From Camelus dromedarius (Eukaryota), in NCBI RefSeq assembly GCF_036321535.1, contig NC_087436.1:53198001-53262000 (forward strand): a stretch of DNA of 64,000 nt, given 5' to 3'. Under the pieces are notes generated by a model. That model did not search any database. It was not told where the DNA came from and saw only the letters and a program-made list of their open reading frames with translations. The position numbers were made by a program, and so were the translations under genes. This document shows positions 1 through 13,443 of this stretch, in pieces. Position 1 is the first letter of the stretch, and the number at the start of each line of letters is the position of its first letter.

Positions 1-1490
1 ACCAAGTTAGGGAATTTTTCAGCTATTATCTCTTATTAAATATTTTCTCAGGCCCTTTCTCTCTCTCTTCTCCTTCTGGGACCCCTATAATGCAAATATT
101 AGTGTCCTTGATGTTGTCCCAGAGTTCTCTTAAAGTGTCCTTCTTTCTTTTCTTTCTTTTTTCTTTTTTCCTGTTTTGTGGTAGTGATTTTTACTACCCT
201 GTCTTCTATCACTCGCCTGTTCTTCTGTCGCATTTAGTTTACTGTTGGTTTCTTCTACTGTGTTTTTGTGCACCCATTCTTCTCCCAAATTCTCTGAACA
301 TCTTTATGACCGTTACTGAAAACTCTTTCTCAGATAGATGGCCTATCTCCACATCACTTAGTTCTTCTTCTGAGATTTTGTCTAGAACATATTCCTCTGC
401 TGCCTTGTTTTGTCTAAATTTCTATTGTATTTTTATGTTATGTAGTAGGTTAGTTACATTTCTTGACTTTGGAGAAGTATCCCATTGTAGGAGATGTCCT
501 GTGCATCCCAGCAGTGAACTCCCCTCTCGTCACCTAAGGACTAGGGGCCAGCTGGTCCCAGGGTAGTCTGGTCTGAATTTTGGACTCATTTCAAAGGCTG
601 CAGGATCATAGTTTTCTTGCTCCTGGTGTCTGTTCCCAGGTAGGTGAGACTGGTCTAGAGGCTTGTGCAGTCCTCCTGGTGGGTGGCGCTGGTGCCTGCC
701 CACTGGTGATGGATCTGGATCCTGCCCCTGTGATGGCAGGTGGCTTTGGGCTTAGGAAATCTTTAGAGAGCCTGTCTACTGATGGGTAGGACTGTGTTCC
801 CACCCAGTTATTTGTTTGCCTGAGGTGTCCCAGCACTGGAGCCTACAGGCTGTGGGGTGAGGCCAGGTACTAATGACCCAAGCAAGATATCAGCCTGGAG
901 GAGCATTTGTGCAGATGAATACTCCCCAGTATATTGGCCACCAGCTTTTCGGTTTCTAGAGTGATCCAAAGCTACCTCTCACCTCCCCAGGAGACCCTCC
1001 AAGACCAGCAGGTAGGTCTGGCCCTGGTTTCTATGAAATTACTGCTTTTCCCCTTGGTCCAGTACATGGGATTTTGTGTGTGCCCTTTAAGAGTGAGGTC
1101 TCCATTTCCCCCATTCCTCTGGAGCTCCTACAGTTAAGCCCCACTGGCCATATAAACCAAATACCCTGGGAGCTCCTCTTCTTGATGGCAGACCCCCAGG
1201 CTGGGGAATCTGCCATGGGGCTCAGAGCTCTCACTTCTATGGGAGAACTTATGCAATACAGTTATTCTTCAGTTTGTCAGTCATCCATCCCGGAGGGTAT
1301 GGGATTTGATTATATCGTAAGTGTGCCCCTTCTACCACCTCATAGTGGTTCCTTCTTTACGTCTTTAGGTGTAGAATATCTTTTTTGGTAGGTTCCAGTC
1401 TTTTTTATCAATGGTTGTTCAGTAGTTAGTTGTGATTTTGTTATGTTCATGAGAGGATGTAAGCTCAAGTTCCTACTATGCCATCTTAAT
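1..1490 (-). mobile_element. LINE-1 5' portion (5'UTR plus ORF1 start), antisense in a TRMT10A intron
   Basis: Reverse complement begins AAGATGGC (YY1-type L1 5' end, 1480-1487). GC-richer UTR-like sequence is followed by degenerate ORF1-like sequence running off the window start. Confidence 0.8.
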
Positions 1491-1657
1491 CCAGTAATCT
1501 CTCACTCTGATATTTGACAATTTTTGATCTACAGAAATGGCAGTTTCTTACGGTTTAGGTTGCTGATTTTAAAAATTGTTTGTCTATTAAGAAAAGTCTT
1601 GTAAATATCTGAATATACAAATAACAATAAAAAATTGTTTTCAACTACTAATTTTAG

Positions 1658-1820
1658 ACAAAAGCGGAAGGAAAAACGCAAGAGAAAGCAGTTAGAGCGA
1701 CAGTGTCAACTGGAATCAAATACAGATGGAAGTGACAGAAAACGTATTCGAAGAGACGTTGTTCACAGCACACTCCGCCTTATCGTTGACTGCAGTTTTG
1801 ACAGCTTGATGGTACTAAAG
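1658..1820 (+). CDS. TRMT10A: TRMT10A internal coding exon ([17 protein letters not shown]...[16 protein letters not shown])
   Basis: ttttag acceptor, AAG|gt donor, 163 bp. Translation matches recalled human TRMT10A. Confidence 0.97.
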
Positions 1821-2551
1821 GTATCCTGAATACCTTTAATAGGTCTGAAAATAGACTGAATAATTCTTGCTTTAACATGTAATATGACTTTGATAAGAAT
1901 TTGTTTACTAAAATGCATCTTAAATCAAACTTTTCAACATCTGTACCCCCAAATTAAAGTAGTTAATAAGTTCCTTTTATTCATATGTTATAGTACAGAC
2001 AGAGGGAAAGACAGATACCATAATTAAATTATAAAACTCAGTAACTGCATATTAATCATAAAGATCTGTGGGTATTTCTGTTATCGATCCTAATCAAAAA
2101 AAAAAGAAATAAGATTGGCTTAATAGAATTATTTATTCAATAGTTTGAGAAATCTGTTTGTTTAAACAATGCTACTGAAAAGAACATGTTTTAATTACTT
2201 TCCAAATCCTTGGTAAGTTATGAAAATTGTAATAGTGTGGCTGTAAGAGAGTTCTTTTTTTCTTTTGTTGTCTCTTAAGAAGAGTAAATATTTTCATGAA
2301 CTATCATTTTTTAATGCTAGTTGAATACAAAATATGAAATAGTGGGTTAGTTACAGAGTATTTATTGACTTATAGTAATTATTTTGTTAGTATATAATGA
2401 GATTGAATGGAAATTATCAGAAAGGACTTGTATTTCAAAAGAAAAAGTGTACCCATCTAGTCATTCCTTCCTCTTATTCTGTTCCACTAAGATTGTGGAA
2501 TGCCCATAGATGATTTTGAAAATTCTGCTTAAAAAACACACTCTTTTATAG

Positions 2552-2725
<174 letters not shown>

Positions 2726-3656
2726 TGATCTCTCTTAGAAAACAAAATGCCTATTTCAAAAATGTTTTATTTTTCTACAAAAATAAAATACTTCAAACAT
2801 CTTTTCACATGTGTCATTCACAGACAAACTGCCCAGTCATCATCAGTCTTGTGCACATTGACCTGTTCATTGCCGTGTAGTCCAACGTCTTCAGTAAAGG
2901 ACATACACATATTTTCATACCAGTTTCTCAGCTCTCAGTTCCTTCCTTTCTGGGGAGTGAAGGCACTGTTGCTGCCTGATGTGTACTATGCTGCTTGTTT
3001 GAGTCACTGATGATTTTGAAACGTACTTTCACAGCTAGAATGAGGGGATGATTTGTGAGACTAATTGGCTGCTGTTAATAGTAGGGCCATTTTTCTTACT
3101 GAATTTGTTTGAATTCTAGAGGGACCTAAAAATTAACTCTGGCTCAATGATGAAATCTTACTATATTTTTGGTTAGGTATTTTCTTTTTATCAAATGATA
3201 GTAGTTTTGTATTTTTACATTTTACATTCTTCCTACCCTTGATTAGACTTGAAATAGGTTTCAGGGTTTAGAGTCAAAGACAAATTATGAAGACTTTGGA
3301 TTGGTAAAAAAGTAACAGTGGTGACAAAAGAAAGGGAAGGGAAACTTGACATGGAAGCAGGGAGTTTATAGAAAAGTGCTCCTTAAGCTTGAGGCAGATT
3401 TTAACTGCTTGAAAAATGGGATGAAAATATAGATGAAATACAGAAGTTAGTGGGTTAGAAGATAAACAAAAATACACATGTCATTTCTACCACAAATTTA
3501 TTATTGTATGTTTAAAGCGTGTCATAAATTTATTTTTTTCAAGAATGAAAACATTTTGTGTTTTGTTGATAATCAGATGAATGTGTGAGGGGAACAAAAT
3601 AATTGACTTTAATAGTCATTTGCCCTCTCTTTCTATACCTGCCAATCTCTTTTTAG

Positions 3657-3746
<90 letters not shown>

Positions 3747-4097
3747 TAAGTCTCACATATTTTCCAGTAGTTTTGTACTTAAAGGACTACATTTTTAACC
3801 TAAATTCTACATAATGCTAATAAATATTCAGAGTCAGCAGCTCCCGACCCTGTGTATCACTATGCCTAAGTCTAAGGTTACCAGTGGGAGAAGCTAAGAG
3901 ACTGAGGTAGAGTTTGTACTTACTCTCATTAAATCTCGCTTGCTATTTTACTGCCAACTTTAAAACATATTTTTTAAAAAAGGAAAAAATTTAAAGGTCT
4001 ATATGCAGTCTCTACCTAGCAAACTGGCTATACATTATTTATAAGAGTGAAGTCACTCTAAAATTTGGAAATGTACTTGCATTCTGTTTCTTCTAAG

Positions 4098-4410
4098 TCT
4101 GTGCTATACCATATGGTGTCCACTGTCCACATGTGGCCGTTGAACTCTTGAAATGTGACTGGTCTGAGTTGAGTTGTGCTCTAAATGTGAAATAGACATT
4201 GGATTTCAAAGACTTAGTACAAAAAAAAAAGAATGTAAAATATCTCCAAAAAACACGTTTATTATAAGTTGAAATGATAGCATTGTTGAATACAATATAT
4301 TATTAAAAATAATTTCATCTTTTTTCCCACTTTTTAAAATGTGGCTACTAGAAGATTTCAAATTACATATGTGGCTCACATTTTTTTTTATATATATTTG
4401 ACTAAACCGT
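4098..4410. mobile_element. hAT-Charlie MITE (MER33/MER3-like)
   Basis: Characteristic ...atatggtgtccactgtccacatgtggc...ttgaaatgtgact... and closing atgtggctcacatt motifs. Confidence 0.65.
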
Positions 4411-5455
4411 TCTCAGTCATTTGCAAATATGACTAACGTATATTGGGTTTACTATCAATCCCTGAGGAACCCTAACTCTATTCTACTCAGGGAAGTAGTG
4501 AGTTATTCCTATTTTTTTTTTCCTTTCTCCAGGCCAGTTCTCACTTCCCTCTCTCACTAGTCCCGTAATGCCTGCATTTATTAATAACCTATAGTGTAAA
4601 ACATTTTCAAAGGCTTTTTAAAGTTTTAAAGTACAATATATTTACCAAGTTTAATGTTCATGCCTATTTTCCTAACAAATAATGTAGTAAGTTCGAGTGG
4701 GCATACTTTAGTTATTTTGTGGCTTATTAAATTTATTATTCTTAATACCACCAGCTTTCCAGAGAGAGATAAATTCACTGGTCTCTAATTATGCACATTC
4801 CTCTTGGGGCCTTTATTAAGTATCGGGATAAAATTTATAATATATAATTTCTTAGGAAAAAAATGGCTGTTTATTAATCAATAGGTTATATACATTTTAG
4901 GTACGAGATCTCCTGCTTCTTTTCAATTTCCACAAAAATTATTGGGAAATGCCATCTGAGCCTGGTGATACATCTTCCTGTATTCTATTAGTGTAGCTGG
5001 CAAAATTCTGATTGCCAAGTGTGCAGTCTTGTACCTCTGACCTGACAGCTTTGGTGAATAAGATTTTAAATGTGTATTTTTGTGGAAGCAGATGCAGGGA
5101 ATTTATTGAATCTGTAAGCCCTTTCATTTTGATGATTCATGTAGATGGAAAAGGAATTGGAGAACAATGTGAGCAAATACATGACAAAAATGCATTTGTT
5201 TTGTTGGAACAGAGAAAGTTAAGAAGGTAGGTTAGTGCTATATTCAGGAAAGAGATACTAAGTTAAGGAGTTTGAATTTTATCCTACAGGTAAAGATAAA
5301 ACAGTGAAAGTAGTGTTTTCGGAAAATGAATCCACCATCCATGTGTGGAAGTAAATTGGAGGGATCTGAGTCTAGACACAGGGAAATAAATAACATCAGG
5401 AAGCCACTTAAATAGTTGAGATGTGGGGTGATAAGGTGTTGAAGGTTCTAAGTAA

Positions 5456-5815
<360 letters not shown>

Positions 5816-5834
5816 TGATAGTATCAGTACTGCT

Positions 5835-6090
5835 GACAGCCAATGTTTACTGAGTGCCTGCTGTATTCCAGGCACCTCTCTAGCTAAGCAGAGCATTTCA
5901 CATGCATTAATTTGCTTAATCCTCATGACAGCCCAGTGAGGTCAGTGCTGTTTGATGCTATTATTTTCTACATTTTACAGATGAGGAACTAGAGTCACAG
6001 AGAAATTAAATCTCAAATCAATAGTAATAGGTGGTAAAGCAGATGTTTGAAACTGAGCAGATTGCTCTGGAGCCCACATGCTTAAATGAT
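5835..6090 (-). mobile_element. MIR SINE
   Basis: Core motif attttacagatgaggaactagag...cacagagaaattaa. Confidence 0.7.
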
Positions 6091-6479
6091 TTGCTATATC
6101 GATAGAAGATACGCTGCTAATCAATTTCTAGGCCACTGGTAAAATTTATATTAATTTATACCAAAGTTTACACCCAAACTGATAAATTTATACCAGTTTT
6201 CAAATATATGATTATCATGGAATGTGTGTTCTATCCTCTTTAATTTGTACTTTTGTCTCTTCCCACCTCCTTTCCCTCATTCTAATGAAAAATTACAGAA
6301 ATATACTTTCTAAAAGAAGACATTATTTTGTATTTTGCCAGCTACTTTGCATCATGCTAAATTCTACCCAACTTGTTTACTAAGTAAGGAAATGTTGTTC
6401 GCAGAATAATAAGAAGTGATTCATTATTCTCATATGGCACCACTGTGCAGAACTCTCTGCATTGTTGGAAACGTTTATG

Positions 6480-6610
6480 TCATCCTGTCCAGTATGGTAG
6501 CCATGTAGCTGTTGAGCGCACGAAATGTGCACAGTATGATTGAGAAACTGAATTTTTAAAAATTATAATAAGTTCAAGTAGTCACATGTGGCTCCTGTTG
6601 GACAGTGCAG
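6480..6610. mobile_element. MER3-like hAT MITE
   Basis: ctgtccagtatggtagcc...cacatgtggct...ttggacagtg with inverted termini. Confidence 0.6.
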
Positions 6611-7454
6611 GTCTGTAGCATCATAGGGAGTTTTATCAGAATGATCGTTAGCCTTACTATTCTTTTCTTAGTGGAAAAATTCTATTTTGTTATTTAAATA
6701 GAACCAAATTTTTTTCTCTCATGTTGTATTTTCTCTGAACTAACACAATTTTGCTTTCAAAAGCACTTGACTCAATCAATTATTAATCATTAGTCTCTAA
6801 AATACACAAACTATTGGTTGAGAAATTTAGCTCTTCTTCTGAAATCTGTCTTTTGGCTCTTTCAGTTCTAATTAGACCCAGGCTTTAAGGATTTTAATTT
6901 TGAGAAGAGAGAAAATTCATATTCAGCATTCTTTTAATTGACAGAAAGGGAAAAATAAAATTAAAGGCAATTTTAAAAATGTTCAATTCAGGTTTTCATT
7001 TCATTTGTCTTTCCCGTTTGTGCCTCTTAGTGTTATGTAATTGAAACATAGTTTTGTCTTTTAAGTTCATGGGAAGAATGATGATACTTCTTTAGGAATT
7101 CAGTTTGAGTACTTTAAACAGAGAGAGGCAGTGTGGAATGATGAGAAGCTATTTGAGTCAGAAGGCATGAGCCAGGTTTTTCCTTTGGTTCTGGCACATA
7201 GGAACTTTGTGGTGGGACAGGGAGTATAATGTCTTTGGTTTCCTCATTTGTAAATTGGTTAAAACAAATGCCATCAACGTTCTGACCATAGTTATTGAGA
7301 ATGTTTCCAAATTAGCAGTTAAAACACACAGCACACAGCTCTTCAGATAAAATTCTCTGAACTAAAGTCTTTCCTAAAAGTTATTTATTTTGTCATAGAC
7401 TTTTAAGTTTAAATGATTTAATGTTCTAGCCAAGTTACACTATCTCTGTTTTAG

Positions 7455-7568
<114 letters not shown>

Positions 7569-8746
7569 TAAGGGGATAAACTGAAAATACACCTGAGTAA
7601 ACACTATGAAAAATAACATTACATTTATGTTTCAGACAAGTAAAAAATATGTACCTTTGGAAAATACACAATTTTGGAGGCAAAATTTTAAAATGTAATC
7701 ACTTATAATTTGAATAATACATGCATACTTTGGTAAATTTTGAAAATGTAGAAAAGCATAAAGAAATAGTAAAAAATAAAGGAAAAGAAATAAGGTGTAA
7801 TTTCACTGCCCAGAGATACTTGGTATTAACTTTTTGATGTGCTTCCTTTCCTATGCATATATATTGTTACATAATTGAATTCTTACTCTATTACATAAAA
7901 TGTTATAAATCTCAGGTGTTTTTCTTCTTTTATTAGTATATATTGTCACGCTATTGAGTCATTGTTAGTGGCTATGAAATATTCCATCATCTATATGTGT
8001 AATAATGTAACCTTTCTCCTGTTGTGGATTATTTTTTTCTTTTTACTGCTATATGTAATAATTGTAATACACATTCTCAGACTTAAGATTTTGCCTGGAG
8101 TTTTGCTTTTTAAACAAATTTTAGTAGAGATCTTCGTTAGTACACAACCATTAATTGGGCTTTTTACATTTCTCTGTAGCAGGCTCTAGGGAATTATAAA
8201 AATGAACTTAATGAACTTATTGACTCAAGGAATGAACTTTTTTTTCTAAGACTTCTGATAGATAGTAGAAATTAACTTTTCTGTCATAAAGTAGTCCAAA
8301 CTAACCCTTCAGCAATGTATTAAAGTGAGATGATCTTGGAGACAGTATTAAAAATAAATAAATAAGGCAAGACACTCCCCAGAGTGGCACTATATAGGAA
8401 AGAGAAGAAATTTGGATTACTACTAACCCTTTTTTTTCCTAGTTTTATATTGGCAAATAAAGGATAAAGAAGTGAAAGGAATAAAGAACAGGAAGGAAAT
8501 GAAATAGGTGCTCTATTATAATTGACAGCAGATAATGGTAAACCTCTAAGTGCTTAAGAACTGAGTTGAGGAAAAGCTAGAAGAGCTTGAGAGCCTTGGG
8601 GCATATTGGCTCTCACAGTTAATACAGGAGAAGTAGTCATTAGGGCATACTAGCACTCTTAACACAAAAGCAGTGTATTTTAAAATATAGTATGCAGCAT
8701 TGAGATGAACTTGATGAAAAGATACATGGAGTTGTCTTTCTTGCAG

Positions 8747-9015
8747 TGTTTGAGATTATTCTGGAATACTTGGAAACAAGAGACTGGCAAGAAGCATTTT
8801 TCACTATCTTACCCCAAAGGAAAGGAGCTGTTCCCACAGACAAAGCCTGTGAAAGTTCTTCACATGACAAAAAATTAGCCCAAGTTGAAGATGGATTGAA
8901 CAGTGATTCCAGTGAGGAGGAAAATAGTACAAATTTACTAGATTCACCACATGAGGAAGAAAAACAGGATAAAGAAAACGGCACTGAACCTACAGTGAAC
9001 TCTATACCACACTAA
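8747..9015 (+). CDS. TRMT10A: TRMT10A last coding exon ([26 protein letters not shown]...TVNSIPH*)
   Basis: ttgcag acceptor, phase matches the previous exon, TAA at 9013-9015. Acidic C-terminal tail as in human. Confidence 0.97.
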
Positions 9016-9779
9016 TGTCATCTTTTTTTTTTTTAAGTTTAAAGAAAAATTAGGAGAAAATGAGGTACTTCATAGACTATTTGAAATGGGAGAAAATTTC
9101 ATTTTCTCTTGTGAATTTTTAAAACTTTTAAGTGATAAAAAGCCCTTGTAAGAAAGCATTTTTTTTGTTTTTACGTAAGATTTAAATGTGTAATTTAAAA
9201 AAGGCTTTTCTAAACCTCAAGTAAGCATTTCTTGAGAATTTTACTTTATTAGTAAACCTTCATTCTCTTTTATTTACCAGATTATATTCTTCAGAATGTG
9301 CCTTCTGACCTTTCAGTTTTATTATTATGTATTTGTAGCAGTGTCTTTCTGATTTATTTCGTACTTATTTGTGGAGGCAGATATCCTGAATCTCCTTTAA
9401 GTCTACCATAATGTTCTGTATGGGAGGTTACTATCTATCTGCAGCTTTATATTCAATTTAGTGACTTCAAAGGAATATAGTGATTTAGGAAGAAGTATCA
9501 GATTGATAAACTCAACTCTTTCTTTTGAACGATGGATCCCATCTCTGTTCCTTCTTTGTGATGCCTTTGTGGTTCTCAAGCAATTACTGAAGAGATAAGA
9601 ATCTCTTTAATATATTTTCTTAATTTCAATAATGGTGATAAATTATTTTGATTACAAAATTTAAGTTTTCAGGCTAGATTATTTTAAAAGGCTGTTGAAG
9701 GATCAATTTTGTCATTACCTAAATTTAAAAAGAAACAACTCTTAGCACCTATCGTTTCCTTCCATATATACTTTTCAAA

Positions 9780-9785
9780 AATAAA
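9780..9785 (+). terminator. Candidate TRMT10A polyadenylation signal AATAAA (a second one at 10372-10377)
   Basis: Hexamer downstream of the stop in AT-rich 3'UTR. Usage not demonstrable from sequence. Confidence 0.4.
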
Positions 9786-10588
9786 ATATGTTGGTTCTTA
9801 AAGTAGATAAAGTTAAATTCATATGTGCCTACTATCATATAATGATCTTCAAGCTAATGGAAATATATGTCTATAAATAATATAAGCATGTATGAAATAT
9901 GCATATAATTGTATATACAGCTATTACTCCACATCATGTATGATTCTCAGTTACTAATTGATAACAGGATAGAGTTGCCATATATCTGTATTATTTGTGT
10001 GAATGACTGTGTTGCAAAACACTAAGGAACTTTAACTTTATACAGTGCAAAAATCCATAACTAAACATTTGTAGGAGGACATTGGCAAAGGAAGATGGGG
10101 CTAGAAGATGTTTTAGTTTTCAGTAAATGTAGAGCATTTATGTTTAAAGTAAAGTGATTGTTCTTTGTCACAGTTCAAGTAGCATTTCAGAAGCTTTACT
10201 GAGTTTGGATAAGTTAAGTGTCTGTTCTTTTTACTCATTGGCATCTCAGATTATGTACACTTGGTAGAAAGTTCATCGAATTTAATATTGATGTTCACTA
10301 TCTCTTATGTTGCTTTATTCTTAGTAATCTATTATACTTATCCATTTAAAGGTCTGTCAGCATCGTATGTAAATAAAGAAAAGCCCTCACAATTGTAGAA
10401 CAAAGCTTATGTCTTAAGTTGTACTCTTCAAAGTTCCAGGTTTTTGTGAGTAAATATAGTTAGTAGCATGGAGTATTATGTCTTTTATTTAAATTCCATA
10501 TGGAATTAAGGCACAGTTTAATATTGAAATGTGGGGGAAAACCATTACAAGCACTGTGTAGTTTAATTTTCACTAATTATCAAAGTCC

Positions 10589-11034
10589 TGTATCTGTTTC
10601 CTAGGGCTGCCATAACAAATTACTGCAAATCAGTGGCTTAAAACAACAGAAAGTTATTCTCTTACAGTTTTGGAGACTAAAAGTCCAGAATTGAGGTGTT
10701 GGCAGAACCATACTCCCTCAGGAGGCTATGGGGAAGACTCCTCCCTAGCCTCTTCTGGTTTCTGGTAATTGCCAGCAATCACTGGTGTTCCTTAGCTTGC
10801 AGCTGCCTCACTCGTCTTTGCTTTGTCATCACATGGACTTCTACCCTCTGTCTTTTGTGCTGGTATCTGAGTCCTTCTTTTGAGGATACCAATCATTGGA
10901 TTAGGGTTCCCTGTAATCCAGTGTGACTTCATTTTAACTTCGTTACGTCTATTTTCAAATAAGGTCACATTTATGGGTACCAGATATTAGGGCTTGAACA
11001 TATCTTTTGGGTAGGTACAAATATGTCCACTCTA
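10589..11034. mobile_element. MaLR solo LTR (MLT1 family)
   Basis: tgtat...ctagggctgccataacaaattac...ggcttaaaacaacagaa motif. 5-bp TSD AGTCC at 10584-10588 and 11035-11039. Confidence 0.8.
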
Positions 11035-12715
11035 AGTCCATATCGAATTTGCACTGTTGATAACAAGAAGGAATAGATTACAGTTGGAAATGACTCATTT
11101 CTGAGGCATTTAAATTTTGGGTTTTTTTTTTTTTAAATAATTGCAATCTTTTTTCTTATTTTAACGTGTTCTATTCTCTCAACATTGTTTTGGTTTATTT
11201 GAGGTACTTTATTTAAAAACTTAAGTAATATTACAGTCACTTGTATTAGAACATAGTAAAGGTAGGGAATTCAGTTAGAACTTAAACACATCAAAAGGAG
11301 ATACATTTGCTGAAATAATGGGATTTTCTTTTGTTCATTTCTTTTTAATTTTTAAAAATATTTTTTACTGAAGTATAGTTGATTTACAATGTTTCAGATG
11401 TACAGCAAAGAGATTGAGTTCTACATATATATATATATGTATATATGTATGTGCTTTTTCAGATTATTTTCCATTATAGGTTATCATAAGATATTGAATA
11501 TATATCCCTGTGCTATACAGTAGGGCCTTGTTGTTTATCTATTTTATATATAGTAATTTGTATCTGCTAATCCCAACCTCCCAATTGCCTCCCCCTACTC
11601 TCCTTTGGTAACCATAAGTTGTGTTCTGTCTGTGAGTCTATTTCTTGTTTTCTAAATAAGATACTTGTATCATTTTTTCAGATTCCACATATAAATGATA
11701 CCACATGATATTTGTCTGACTTACTTCACTTAGTATGATAATCTCTAGGTCCATCCACATCCTGCAGATAGCATTATTTCATTCTTTTTTGTGGCTGAGT
11801 AATATTCCATTGTGTATGTTCTTTATCCACTCATCTGTTGATGGACACATCAGTTGCTTCCATGACTTACTATTGTAAATAATACTGCTATGAACATGGG
11901 TGCATGTATAATACTGCTACTGTGAATAATGAGGGGCATTATCTTTTGGTTTAGAGTTTTCACCTTTTTGGGTATATGCCTAGGAGTAGGGTTGCTGGAT
12001 AATGTGGTAAGTCTATTTTTAGCTTTTTAAGGAACCTGCATACTGTCCTCCATAGTGGCAGCAGCAATTTACATTCCCACCAACAGTGTAGGAGGATTCC
12101 TTTTTCTCCACACCCTCTTTAGCATTTATTATTTGTAGACTTTTTGGTGATAGCCCTTCTGACCAGTGTAGGAGATACCTCATTGTAGTTTTGATTTGCA
12201 TTTCTCTAATAATTAGTGATACCGAGCATCTTTTCATGTGCCTGTTGGACATCTGTGTGTCTTCTTTGGAGAAATGTCTATTTAGGTCTTCTGCCCATTT
12301 CTTTGATTGGGTTGTTTGGTTTTTGTGATATTGAGCTGCATGAGCTGTTTGTGTATTTTGGAGGTTAATCCCTTGTTGGTTGCATTGTTCACAAATGTTT
12401 TCTCCCATTCTGTAGGTTATCTTTCTGTTTTGTTTATGGTTTCCTTTGCTGTGCAGAAGCTTTTCAGTTTAATTAGGTCCCATTGGTTTACTTTTGCTTT
12501 TGTTTCCATTACTCTAAGAGACAGATCCACAAAAATATTGCTGCGATTTATGTCAAATTATGCAGTTTGTGTCGTGCTTCCAATCCAAGAACGTGGTATA
12601 TCTTTCCCATCTGTTTGTGTTGTCTTCAGTTTCTTTCATCAGCGTCTTACAGTTTTCAGAATACAGGTCTTTTGCTTCCTCTGGTAGGTTTATTCCTAGG
12701 CATTTTATTCTTTTT

Positions 12716-12831
12716 GGAGGGGTGGCGGATTTAGGTTATTTATTTATTTATGTAATGGCAGTACTGAGGATTGAACCCAGGACCTTGTGCATGCTAAGCA
12801 TGCACTTTACCATTGAGCTGTACTCTCCCGC
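12716..12831 (-). mobile_element. tRNA-Ala-derived camelid SINE (Vic-1 type) inserted in L1
   Basis: Reverse complement has cagctcaatggtaaagtgcatgcttagcatgcacaaggtcctgggttcaatcc (A/B boxes) and a taaa-repeat tail. TSD agg(c/t)a(t/c)tttattcttttt. Confidence 0.85.
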
Positions 12832-13320
12832 AGGTACTTTATTCTTTTTGATGCAATGTAAATGGGATTGTTTCCTTAATTTCTCTTTCTGATAGTTCAT
12901 TGTTAGTGTATAGAAATGCGGCAGATTTCTGTGTATTAATTTTGTATCCTGCAACTTTACCAAATTCATTGATACCTCTAGTAATATTCTGGTAATATCA
13001 TTAGGATTTTCTGTGTATAGTATCATGTCATCTGCAAACAGTAACAATTTTATTTCTTTTCCTATTTGGATTCCTTTCATTTCTTTTTTTTTTTAAATTT
13101 CTCCGATTGCTGTGACTAGGACTTCCAAAACTATGTTGAATAAAAGTGGTGAGAGTGGACACCCTTGTCTTATTCCTGATCTTAGAGGAAATGCTTTCAG
13201 CTTTTCAATGTTGAATATGATCTTATCTGTGGGTTTGTCATATATGGCCTTTATTATGTGGAGCTATCTTCCCTCTGTGCCTGCCTTCTGGAGAGTTTTC
13301 ATCATAAACGGATGTTGATT

Positions 13321-13443
13321 TTTCTTTCTTTTTTTCTTTTTTTTTTTTTTTTAGGCCAGGGCAGAGGAGGGTCAATGTAATATATTCTCAACCCACCCCT
13401 TCATAGGAAGGGAAGTTCTGTCTTGCCACAGTGCCCAACCCAG
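13321..13443 (-). other. Short unidentified retrocopy with poly(A) tail inserted in L1
   Basis: T-tract 13321-13352, 91-bp non-L1 body, flanking duplication ggatgtt(g/ta)atttt. Confidence 0.7.
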
